Of a stretch of DNA of 49,171 bases, positions 24,945-32,529 are shown one piece after another; position 1 is the stretch's first letter, and each line of letters opens with the position of its first letter. The stretch comes from an uncultured Candidatus Kuenenia sp. (GTDB lineage Bacteria > Planctomycetota > Planctomycetia > Pirellulales > UBA1268). The stretch spans positions 5,947 to 55,117 of the forward strand of contig CAZODJ010000002.1 of the NCBI GenBank assembly GCA_964578555.1, written 5' to 3'. Below the pieces are notes generated by a model. It had not been told where the DNA came from. It searched no databases and saw only the letters and a program-made list of their open reading frames with translations. A program made the position numbers and the translations under genes.

Positions 24945-26501
24945 ATGGGCAACCCCCGTGGGTTCATGACCGTGGATCGGAAAACCTTTTCCGAGCGGGA
25001 TCCGGCCGCGCGAATCGGTGACTGGAACGAGTTTCATGTCGACCTGCCGATCGTCGACCTGCAGCAGCAGGGCTCCCGCTGCATGGATTGCGGCGTGCCC
25101 TTCTGCCACACGGGCGACCTGATGGCGAACATGGCCGCCGGCTGCCCGGTCCACAACCTGATCCCGGAATGGAACGACCTCGTCTACCGCGGCCACTGGC
25201 GGGAGGCGCTCGACCGCCTCCATGCGACGAATAATTTTCCGGAGTTCACCGGCCGGGTCTGTCCGGCCCCCTGCGAGGGCTCGTGCGTGCTGGGCATTCA
25301 TGAACCCCCGGTCACGATCAAACAGATCGAGTGCTCGATCATTGATCGCGGCTGGGAAGAGGGCTGGATCGTGCCGCAGCCGCCGGTGAGCCGCACCGGC
25401 AAGCGGGTGGCGGTGGTGGGCTCGGGCCCGGCAGGCTTGGCCTGCGCCGCCCAGCTCAACACGGCGGGCCATGAAGTGACGGTCTTCGAACGAGCCGACC
25501 GGATCGGTGGCCTCCTGATGTACGGCATCCCCAACATGAAGCTCGACAAGGAGAAGGTCGTGCAGCGGCGGGTGGACCTTCTGGCGGCCGAGGGAGTGAT
25601 CTTCAAGACGGGCGTGGAGATCGGCAAGGATCTCCCGGCTGCGCGGCTGCGGGAGGATTACGACGCGATCGCCCTCTGCGTGGGTTCGACGCGTCCCAAC
25701 GACTTCTTCGCAAAGACCCCGGGGCGAAATCTCGTCGGCATCCACTTCGCGATGGACTTTCTGACGCAAAACACCCGCAGCCTGCTCGACTCGCATCATG
25801 CCGATCGCCACTACATTTCGGCCAAGGACAAGGATGTGATCGTCATCGGCGGCGGCGACACCGGCACCGACTGCATCGGCACCTCATTGCGGCACGGCTG
25901 TCGGTCGCTGGTGACCTTCGAGATCGTGCCGCAGCCACCGCTGGAGCGGGCTGCCAACAACCCCTGGCCGCAGTGGCCGCGCATCCTGCGGAAGGACTAC
26001 GGTCACGTCGAGGCGGCCGCCCGGTTCGACTACGACCATCTGCCTGGCAAACAACTCCCCGGCGACCCGCGGGAATTCTCCGTGCAGACGGTCGAGTTTC
26101 TCGGCGACGACGCCGGAAACCTGCGGGCGGTGAAGACGGTGCGGGTCGACTGGAGCAAGCCACAGCCGGGCGGTGCTCCCTTTACGGTGATCGAAGGGAG
26201 CGAGCAGGAATGGCCCTGCCAGATGGTGCTCATGGCGCTCGGCTTCGGGGGGCCGGAGCCGACCGTGGCCGGGCAACTCGGCGTCGATGTCGACAAGCGA
26301 TCCAACTTCGCCGCCGAGTACGGCCGTTACGCCACGAACGTCGCGGGTGTGTTTGCAGCCGGCGACTGTCGCCGCGGACAGAGTCTGGTGGTGTGGGCGA
26401 TCAATGAAGGTCGTGAAGCCGCCCACGCAATCGACACGTGGCTGATGGGCGCGAGCGACCTGCCCACCGTGCGCGGCAAGGAACTCGTCGCCCACGGCTG
26501 A
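24945..26501 (+). CDS. gltD: Glutamate synthase small subunit (NADPH-dependent)
   Basis: Fe-S Cys clusters (CMDCGVPFC; CPAPCEGSC) and the dinucleotide folds [12 protein letters not shown] and [13 protein letters not shown]. The ATG at 24945 follows GAGGAG. The upstream 418 codons of the 23691 ORF overlap gltB out of frame. Confidence 0.95.
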   Translation: MGNPRGFMTVDRKTFSERDPAARIGDWNEFHVDLPIVDLQQQGSRCMDCGVPFCHTGDLMANMAAGCPVHNLIPEWNDLVYRGHWREALDRLHATNNFPEFTGRVCPAPCEGSCVLGIHEPPVTIKQIECSIIDRGWEEGWIVPQPPVSRTGKRVAVVGSGPAGLACAAQLNTAGHEVTVFERADRIGGLLMYGIPNMKLDKEKVVQRRVDLLAAEGVIFKTGVEIGKDLPAARLREDYDAIALCVGSTRPNDFFAKTPGRNLVGIHFAMDFLTQNTRSLLDSHHADRHYISAKDKDVIVIGGGDTGTDCIGTSLRHGCRSLVTFEIVPQPPLERAANNPWPQWPRILRKDYGHVEAAARFDYDHLPGKQLPGDPREFSVQTVEFLGDDAGNLRAVKTVRVDWSKPQPGGAPFTVIEGSEQEWPCQMVLMALGFGGPEPTVAGQLGVDVDKRSNFAAEYGRYATNVAGVFAAGDCRRGQSLVVWAINEGREAAHAIDTWLMGASDLPTVRGKELVAHG

Positions 26502-26533
26502 CATGCATGCATCGTGCATGGATCCCGACCCGC

Positions 26534-28102
26534 CTACGTTTTCTGCCGCAGAATGGCTTCAACGGTGGGTGACACCTGCTTGAGGCTGGGAAGAACCACC
26601 CTGGAACCGCTGGCCGTCAATGCTCGGGCGGCGGCTTCGGAAAGCGTCGTGAGCCCGGTCAGCGAAAGCACGCCGCCGTAGCTCGCCAGCGCGGAGGCCG
26701 CCTCGTCAGATAGTTCCGTCATGCGTCCAAACGAGAGCATGACGCCATCGTGCCGGGCAAGCGCCTTCGCAGTCTCCGCCGGAAGGGCCAGAAGTCCGTC
26801 GAGGTAAAGCATCCCCCTGTGTGGGCGAAGCGCAGCCGCCGCATCTGCCGAAATGTCTTTCAGCCCGGCGAATGAGAGACCGAGGCCGTGCGTTGCCAGC
26901 GTGGCAGCAACGTCCGGGTCGAGTGACTCCAGGCCGCCCAACGCGAGGCTTCCCGGGTATCGAGCCAGGATGTCGGCCACCTCGGGCGTGACGTGACGCA
27001 GGCCGTCGAGCGTCAGAATCAATCCTTGATGGCAGGCCAAGATGGCGGCGACGGATGGCGAAAGTTCGCGAAGAGAACCAAGCGAAAGGGTGTAGCGGTG
27101 GGCCATGAGCGCCCGCAGCACGGCCTCGGACGGAGCCATCAGACCGTTCAGCGACAGGGAGCCTTCGTGAGCAGCCAGTGCGGCGGCGGCTTCCGGCGAC
27201 AGGTCCGTCACATGGTCAAGCCTTCCGCCACGCTTCTGCACGATGGCCCGCGCCCACTTGCCATCGTAGAGGCAGCGGAGGTGGCCAAGGACGAGACCTC
27301 CCTCATGGCGATGAAGGGCTCGTGCCGCCGCGGGCGAAAGAGACGTCAGCCCTTTGAGCGAAAGACGGCCGCGGTGACGTGACAGTTCCACGATGGCGTC
27401 GTCTGTGACTGACGTCAGGCCGTTCAGCGACAACGGCCCCTGAAGGGATGCCAATTCCCGAGCGGCTTCGGCAGACACATGGTCGACGTGGTCAAGCATG
27501 CCGCCATGCCGCCGCACCGCTTCTCTGGCCCACTCAGCCGACGGCAGAATCACCAGTTCACCGACGTCAACCCGCCCCCTATGCCGCGACAATGCGCAGG
27601 CCACCTCGAGCGTGAACTTGGAAAGCGATGTCATCGAAAGCATCGGACCGGCGTGTTTCGCCAGGGCAGCCGCTGCGGCCTCCGACAACTCCGTCACCCC
27701 GTCGAGATACAGGAGAGACTCGTGCTTCGCGAGCCGTTCGGCAAGGGATGGAGTCAGCGTCGTGAGGCCGTCCAACGACAGCACTCCTTCGTGTGCAGCG
27801 AGTGCCTCGGCGACCTCGTCAGCGAGTGAGACGAGCCCGTTGAGGGCGAGGCCTCCGTCTTGGCGTGTAAGAATTCGGGCAACGTCCGCAGAGAGCGAGG
27901 AGAGAGAATCGAGCGGAAGATCGTCGAGGCGCAGACCCACCAACGCATGGGCCTGTTCCTCGGATAATTCCGAGATCGCGCGAACGGCATCAGCATCCAT
28001 CGGGTGTCTCTCGCTGCCAGCGAAAAAGCCACCCACGGTGTTGTTCCACGTGGGCTTGGGCGACGTCCACCAAAACCAAAAGCCCTGGTTGTACGACGTC
28101 AC
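26534..28102 (-). CDS. Leucine-rich-repeat-like protein with about 20 tandem ~23-residue repeats
   Basis: Repeats fit L-x-L-x-G-L-x2-L-x4-A-x2-L-x2-H-x-G, for example LSLNGLTSVTDDAIVELSRHRGR and LSLKGLTSLSPAAARALHRHEGG. No signal peptide or TM segment is obvious. The start is uncertain (an alternative Met at 28000 gives MDADAV...). Confidence 0.7.
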   Translation of the reverse strand: MTSYNQGFWFWWTSPKPTWNNTVGGFFAGSERHPMDADAVRAISELSEEQAHALVGLRLDDLPLDSLSSLSADVARILTRQDGGLALNGLVSLADEVAEALAAHEGVLSLDGLTTLTPSLAERLAKHESLLYLDGVTELSEAAAAALAKHAGPMLSMTSLSKFTLEVACALSRHRGRVDVGELVILPSAEWAREAVRRHGGMLDHVDHVSAEAARELASLQGPLSLNGLTSVTDDAIVELSRHRGRLSLKGLTSLSPAAARALHRHEGGLVLGHLRCLYDGKWARAIVQKRGGRLDHVTDLSPEAAAALAAHEGSLSLNGLMAPSEAVLRALMAHRYTLSLGSLRELSPSVAAILACHQGLILTLDGLRHVTPEVADILARYPGSLALGGLESLDPDVAATLATHGLGLSFAGLKDISADAAAALRPHRGMLYLDGLLALPAETAKALARHDGVMLSFGRMTELSDEAASALASYGGVLSLTGLTTLSEAAARALTASGSRVVLPSLKQVSPTVEAILRQKT

Positions 28103-28162
28103 AGTCTGCTGGCAAACGACATACGATGTCCTCGATCACCTGCTTTTGCAAACGGGCACGGC

Positions 28163-29545
28163 CTACCGAGCCGACGAGACCTTCACCTGAAATGCTCCTT
28201 CGTTGTCGGCGAGGTCGCCGGGCGACTCGTTCAGCTTGAAAAAGAGCGGTCCGTCGACGGGAGCGACGAATTCCCCTCGTGCCCCTGCGGCGATGACGAC
28301 AAACCGCGGTCGTGATCCGTCCGATGCGTCGTCAGGCTCAACCCACTGCGCCGCGAGAAGCCGGCCGATCGGCCGTCCCCGATACCAGTCGATGGAGATG
28401 CCGTCGGGTTCGGCCTGCAACTGACAGGCCGCCGCCTGCCCTGGCTGGCGACGGGCTGAAGCATCTCCTACTTGGACGCGGCCGGTTGCCTGCATCGCAT
28501 ACCGCTGCCCGCGTTCGAGATGCAGGCCGCTGTTTTGCCAGCCCCGCCCGGCATCGACCTGCAGTTCGCGGACACCCTCCAGCGGCCCGCCTGCGGCCCA
28601 GTCGATCGTCGACCGGGAAAAGTCGTAGCCGTAATCGATGTCGTCGGTGAAGGCATCGAAGTCCCGGGCCACGGCGGCGGCATCCCATCCTGGGCTTCGT
28701 GCCAGCCGCTCAGTGAAGTCACGATCGAGAGGCCCCTGCTCCGCTGTCGCAAAGGCCGCCGCATGCCGCGGATGCAACGAGAGGAGAGCCACGGCCGCCC
28801 AACTCGAGGCGTAGAGTTTCATGTCGCCGTGGGCGGTGCCATGCGAGGCAAAGACGTCGTCGAGCCCCGGCATCTCGTCGACTTCCCGCAAGCGCTGAAT
28901 CGCCTCGATCCGGCCCAGTTGCTCCACATCCGCCGTGGCGTGGGGCATCGGGGTAGCGACCAACCGCGGGATGCTATCGGCAACAGGCTCGAGTCGATGG
29001 GTCGCCAAGAGTTCCGCAATGCCCTCGGCATACCAGGCAGGTGTGTCGAGATCGCGCAGTGAGATCGTGAAGGCGTGCACGCCTTCGTGCAGCAGCAGGT
29101 GCCGCCGATAGGCGGCGTTGGTCTGATCCATCATCCAGAGCCGGTTGCGGTCACAGAATCCGTTGCTGAAGTCGGGCACACTGTCGGGCAGGAGGCCGGC
29201 CTCGCGAAACCGCTCGCGGTCGACCACGAGGCAGCCGAAGGCCTGCCAATCCTGGTGGTCTCTGGGATCGATTGCATAGTGGCGACACCAGGCAGAGAAG
29301 GCCTCGTCGAACATCCGCGGCAGGTCGTCCACGCCGTCACCGTCCCGAGCGGGGCGATCGGTGACCAGCATCAGGTGTGTTCCGGCGAGCACGCGGAGGC
29401 CAGCCCGCTGGGCCGCCGCGGCCAGGGGGGCGATGGCATGATCACCGGCACCGGCCACGACGTCCGACAGGAAAACCGCTCCGATCACGACGATGGCATG
29501 CCAGCACACGGTCAGCGTCCGACTCACGGCGACACTCGTGGGCAT
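28163..29545 (-). CDS. Secreted HExxH zinc-metallopeptidase-like protein (possibly DUF1570-type)
   Basis: N-terminal hydrophobic segment (LTVCWHAIVVIGAVFLSDVVAGAG). HEGVH is encoded at 29075-29089 within LLLHEGVHAF, followed by WYAEGIAELL. A roughly 130-aa C-terminal beta-rich domain has unknown function. Confidence 0.6.
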   Translation of the reverse strand: MPTSVAVSRTLTVCWHAIVVIGAVFLSDVVAGAGDHAIAPLAAAAQRAGLRVLAGTHLMLVTDRPARDGDGVDDLPRMFDEAFSAWCRHYAIDPRDHQDWQAFGCLVVDRERFREAGLLPDSVPDFSNGFCDRNRLWMMDQTNAAYRRHLLLHEGVHAFTISLRDLDTPAWYAEGIAELLATHRLEPVADSIPRLVATPMPHATADVEQLGRIEAIQRLREVDEMPGLDDVFASHGTAHGDMKLYASSWAAVALLSLHPRHAAAFATAEQGPLDRDFTERLARSPGWDAAAVARDFDAFTDDIDYGYDFSRSTIDWAAGGPLEGVRELQVDAGRGWQNSGLHLERGQRYAMQATGRVQVGDASARRQPGQAAACQLQAEPDGISIDWYRGRPIGRLLAAQWVEPDDASDGSRPRFVVIAAGARGEFVAPVDGPLFFKLNESPGDLADNEGAFQVKVSSAR

Positions 29546-29706
29546 GAGGAAAACGCATCCGATCCGCAGAGTTCATCCAGCCCCCGCCGGCGCGGCAAGG
29601 CATGCGGAATCTCCTCCGCGGGATGGATACCCGGCGGGAGAAATTCCGATCGCATCCTACGGCGGATCTGGCTACAAACGCCATCGTCTCGCCAGGAGGG
29701 CGTTGC

Positions 29707-31032
29707 GTGCGGCATGGATGCCGACATGGGGAGCGGGCTTCGTGCCGCCGGAGGCGGAGGAGGCTCCTGCGCGCCTTCGGGGCCCTGCTGACGCTGGTGC
29801 TGTTCGCCGCCGAGCGGCCGGCGGGGGCCCAAACCACGTCGCCACCCGTCCCAGGAAGCACCGCGACCGCAGCCCCATCCGGCCCGCCTGCGTATTGGCA
29901 GGCACCCGCCTTGCCATCGGCAGTCATCCCAGGGGGCGCCATCCCCTCCGGTTGGACACCGCAGCCGGTGCCGTATCAAGGCATTGGCCCCGACGGCAAA
30001 CCGTTCACGCGATATTTCGCACCGACGTATACGTTCACCTATCCCGTCGGCCCTCCCGTGCCCGTCGTGCCCGGTGCGACCCCAGTGCCCGTCAACCGCA
30101 GACAGGCCCCGGGATATGTTCCGCCCGCCGGTACGGTTCCTGGCTGGACATTCCAATCCCAGGGTGTCCCGCCGCCAGCCTACGCGCTCCCACCCGCGAC
30201 GACGGCCCGCTACCGCCCCCAGGCCTGGCAGTATCCACCCGGCTCTCCACAACTCGGCGGCACGGCGATCAGCCCGCCACCGGCAGCAGCACCCGGCATG
30301 GCTCCGTCCTCCACGTACCAGCCGCCGCCGGGGTTTCAGCAGCAGGCTCCGGCGGCATTCTCCACCGGACAACCCCTCGCCTCGCCGCCCTCCCAGTGGG
30401 TTCCCGCCCCGACGTCCAACGACTCGTCCGGCTTTGGGGCCGCCGCTGCTGCTCCCGCGGTCATGGCGGGTGTGGCTGTCGGCCAACAGGCTGCGTCGTC
30501 ACCGGCGACTGCATCGTCCATGGCAGCCGCATCGCCGGCGGCCCCGGTACCGGTCCAGTCGGCCAGTTCCACGCCTTTTCAGTCTCCCGCCAGTCGCTCG
30601 GCCAACACGCATCTCTGGCGTGTCGTCGGGGTGTATGACGGCGACACCGTCACCTGCCTCGACGAAAACAACCAGCAGCAGAAGATCCGTCTCGCCGAAA
30701 TGGACGCGCCAGAGATGGGGCAGGACTTCGGCCAGGTCTCCCGAGACGCCCTCGCCGATCTCGTCTTTGGCAAAACGGTCGAAGTCCAGGACGAAGGAAA
30801 GGATCGATTTGGCCGGTGGATCGCCCACCTCTCCGTGAATGGGGTCGACGTCAACCGGCAGATGATCGCCACCGGCAACGCCTGGCACTACGCCGCCTAT
30901 TCAAAAGACACATCCCTCGCAACCGCTCAGGAGCAGGCCAAAACGCAGCGGCTCGGGCTGTGGGCCCAGCCCAACCCGATTCCACCATGGGAATTCCGTG
31001 CGACGGAGCGGTCCCGCAAGTCGGCCTCGTGA
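29707..31032 (+). CDS. Secreted staphylococcal-nuclease (SNase/thermonuclease) homologue with a long Pro/Ala/Gln-rich N-terminal region
   Basis: The C-terminal domain (about 30610-31020) carries VYDGDTV, IRLAEMDAPE, DRFGRWIAHL and the GLWAQ..PIPPWEFR tail typical of SNase. The GTG at 29707 is preceded by AGGAGGG and gives an Arg-rich signal (RRRRRRLLRAFGALLTLVLFAA). The ORF track starts at the ATG at 29602. Confidence 0.75.
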   Translation: MRHGCRHGERASCRRRRRRLLRAFGALLTLVLFAAERPAGAQTTSPPVPGSTATAAPSGPPAYWQAPALPSAVIPGGAIPSGWTPQPVPYQGIGPDGKPFTRYFAPTYTFTYPVGPPVPVVPGATPVPVNRRQAPGYVPPAGTVPGWTFQSQGVPPPAYALPPATTARYRPQAWQYPPGSPQLGGTAISPPPAAAPGMAPSSTYQPPPGFQQQAPAAFSTGQPLASPPSQWVPAPTSNDSSGFGAAAAAPAVMAGVAVGQQAASSPATASSMAAASPAAPVPVQSASSTPFQSPASRSANTHLWRVVGVYDGDTVTCLDENNQQQKIRLAEMDAPEMGQDFGQVSRDALADLVFGKTVEVQDEGKDRFGRWIAHLSVNGVDVNRQMIATGNAWHYAAYSKDTSLATAQEQAKTQRLGLWAQPNPIPPWEFRATERSRKSAS

Positions 31033-31050
31033 CCGCGGTTGGGGCGGCGT

Positions 31051-31788
31051 TCACCGCATGGCGTTTCGGCCATCGCGACGGGCCTGGGATCGCCCTCCCT
31101 GCGCCTTCGTATGGCCTGCCCGGCGGGTCGTGAGCCCCTTCATTTTGAGCCGCTCCGCCTTGAGTGCGGCCGATGCCTTCCGCTGTTGCGATTTGGTGGT
31201 TCGCAGCCCCGACAGAGCAGACGATTCCAACGCCTTGATCGCCCCGGCCTGTCGCGCCTTCCGGGAAACAACTCGCGCCGTGGATCCGGTTGCGGCGGTG
31301 CGGGCATTCCCATCCGTGCGATTGTCAGACGAAGTCTTTGCGGCAGAACTCCGGGAGGCGGAAGCCGCCGACGCCGATACCTTGGAGGCCTTCTTGGCGG
31401 CTGCCTGCTTCACGGCCGGTTTCGTCGCCGGTGCCGCCTTGGCACGCGACTGGCCCGTGATGCCGGCAAGGTGCGTCTCGATGTGAGTCACGACGTCCTT
31501 GAAGACCGTGTGCTTCTGGCGACTGCGTTCATTCGTCGGGGTCGCTGCAGTGACCTTCGAGGCCGTCACCCGCCTGCTGCCGCGCTTCACGCTACGGGCT
31601 TGGGCACCCACGAGATCCCGCCATTTGTCGCGGAGTGTGCGGCACTGTTGGAGAAGATCTTTCACCTGCCGCTCGCTGGCGGCGGTCAGCGCCTTGCCGG
31701 TGCTGGAGTCGAGAATCTTCCGTTCAGCCGTCGTGAAGAGACTGCGGAGTTTGCTGATCGAGGCTTCGAGTGAATCGCGGGTGGCCAT
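31051..31788 (-). CDS. Highly basic Ala/Lys/Ser/Thr/Arg-rich hypothetical protein (possible nucleic-acid-binding)
   Basis: 245 aa from the ATG at 31788. An N-terminal helical segment of about 80 aa is followed by a low-complexity basic tail (AKAAPATKPAVKQAAAKKASK...RRAGHTKAQGGRSQARRD). It was chosen over the + strand 244-aa ORF, which is Arg/Gly-rich noise. No family recognised. Confidence 0.5.
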   Translation of the reverse strand: MATRDSLEASISKLRSLFTTAERKILDSSTGKALTAASERQVKDLLQQCRTLRDKWRDLVGAQARSVKRGSRRVTASKVTAATPTNERSRQKHTVFKDVVTHIETHLAGITGQSRAKAAPATKPAVKQAAAKKASKVSASAASASRSSAAKTSSDNRTDGNARTAATGSTARVVSRKARQAGAIKALESSALSGLRTTKSQQRKASAALKAERLKMKGLTTRRAGHTKAQGGRSQARRDGRNAMR

Positions 31789-31892
31789 GGCGTGAAGAAG
31801 GCTCCAAGAAAGGGAACGAGAGGCGAGGCAACAAGACAACGGCACGAAGGAATCGACAAGAAACCATCCGCCGCCTCAACGGTGGCGAGAAA

Positions 31893-31965
31893 AGCGGGCG
31901 AAGGGACTCGAACCCTCGACATCCAGCTTGGGAAGCTAGCGCTCTACCAACTGAGCTACGCCCGC
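31893..31965 (-). tRNA. tRNA-Gly (anticodon CCC)
   Basis: The reverse complement folds as a cloverleaf: GCGGGCG-TA-GCTC-AGTTGGTA-GAGC-G-CTAGC-TTCCCAA-GCTGG-ATGTC-GAGGG-TTCGAGT-CCCTT-CGCCCGC-T. It is 73 nt with a TTCGAGT T-loop. CCA is not encoded. Confidence 0.9.
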
Positions 31966-31999
31966 ACATGCCACGTGTCCGTGAGACAACGGTGGGCGA

Positions 32000-32028
32000 A
32001 TCCTACGGGCGGCTGCGGATTGTTGCAA
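32000..32028 (-). promoter_or_regulatory. Candidate sigma-70-type promoter for tRNA-Gly
   Basis: On the minus strand, TTGCAA (32023-32028), a 17-nt spacer and TAGGAT (32000-32005) lie about 35 nt upstream of the tRNA 5' end. Confidence 0.35.
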
Positions 32029-32073
32029 GTTTCCCGGGCCTCCTGTTGCTGCCGCGCGGTCGAGATGGGTGGG

Positions 32074-32406
32074 TCAAAAGAACACCACGGCCACCCCGAG
32101 CATGAGGATGACCCAAAACAGGCTGCTCTCTTCAAACCACACAAGGCATTTGAAATAGAGCCATGACAGCACGAACGTGAGCCCCAGCCAGATTTGCCAC
32201 GACCGCCAACTATTTTGCCACGAGCCGGTGTCGCCGAGCAGAATCATGAAGACATAGCTGAGGAAGGCACAACCGGCCGTGTAGAGCAGACTGAGGGCGA
32301 AGATCTGGTTTCGCATCGGTTCCGCCTTGACCAGTGCTCCCACCAGGCTGAAAAACAAGAAGAACTTCATCCCCAGATAGATCATCTCGGTGGAGCTGTA
32401 GATCAT
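32074..32406 (-). CDS. Small hydrophobic membrane protein (3-4 predicted TM segments), unknown function
   Basis: 110-aa ORF rich in F/L/W/Y (FFLFFSLVGALV; IFALSLLYTAGCAFLSYVFMILLG; WQIWLGLTFVLSWLYF; LFWVILMLGVAVVFF). Local G+C is about 53% by hand count against about two-thirds elsewhere. The start is ambiguous. Confidence 0.45.
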   Translation of the reverse strand: MIYSSTEMIYLGMKFFLFFSLVGALVKAEPMRNQIFALSLLYTAGCAFLSYVFMILLGDTGSWQNSWRSWQIWLGLTFVLSWLYFKCLVWFEESSLFWVILMLGVAVVFF

Positions 32407-32529
32407 GGCAACGGTTCTCCGGGGAAGTCACCGCCGGTAGAATTCGGCGATCGATGAGCGATCGTGAAGCGTATCAGACAGGTTGAGGCCTGTCGTATTT
32501 TTGCAAACCGTGCGCGGAGGGTGGCGGCG

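Noticed and set aside
29493-30838. Alternative-frame ORFs across the proline-rich region (29493-30638 +, 29984-30838 +, 29524-30486 -)
   Set aside because: Only the 29602/29707 frame runs into the SNase catalytic domain and has an SD-preceded start with a signal peptide. The others are open frames typical of GC/Pro-rich DNA.
31039-31773. 244-aa + strand ORF overlapping the basic-protein gene
   Set aside because: It is an Arg/Gly/Cys-rich translation without structure. The minus-strand frame gives a coherent helical N-terminus and a compositionally consistent basic tail. My confidence in this choice is only moderate.
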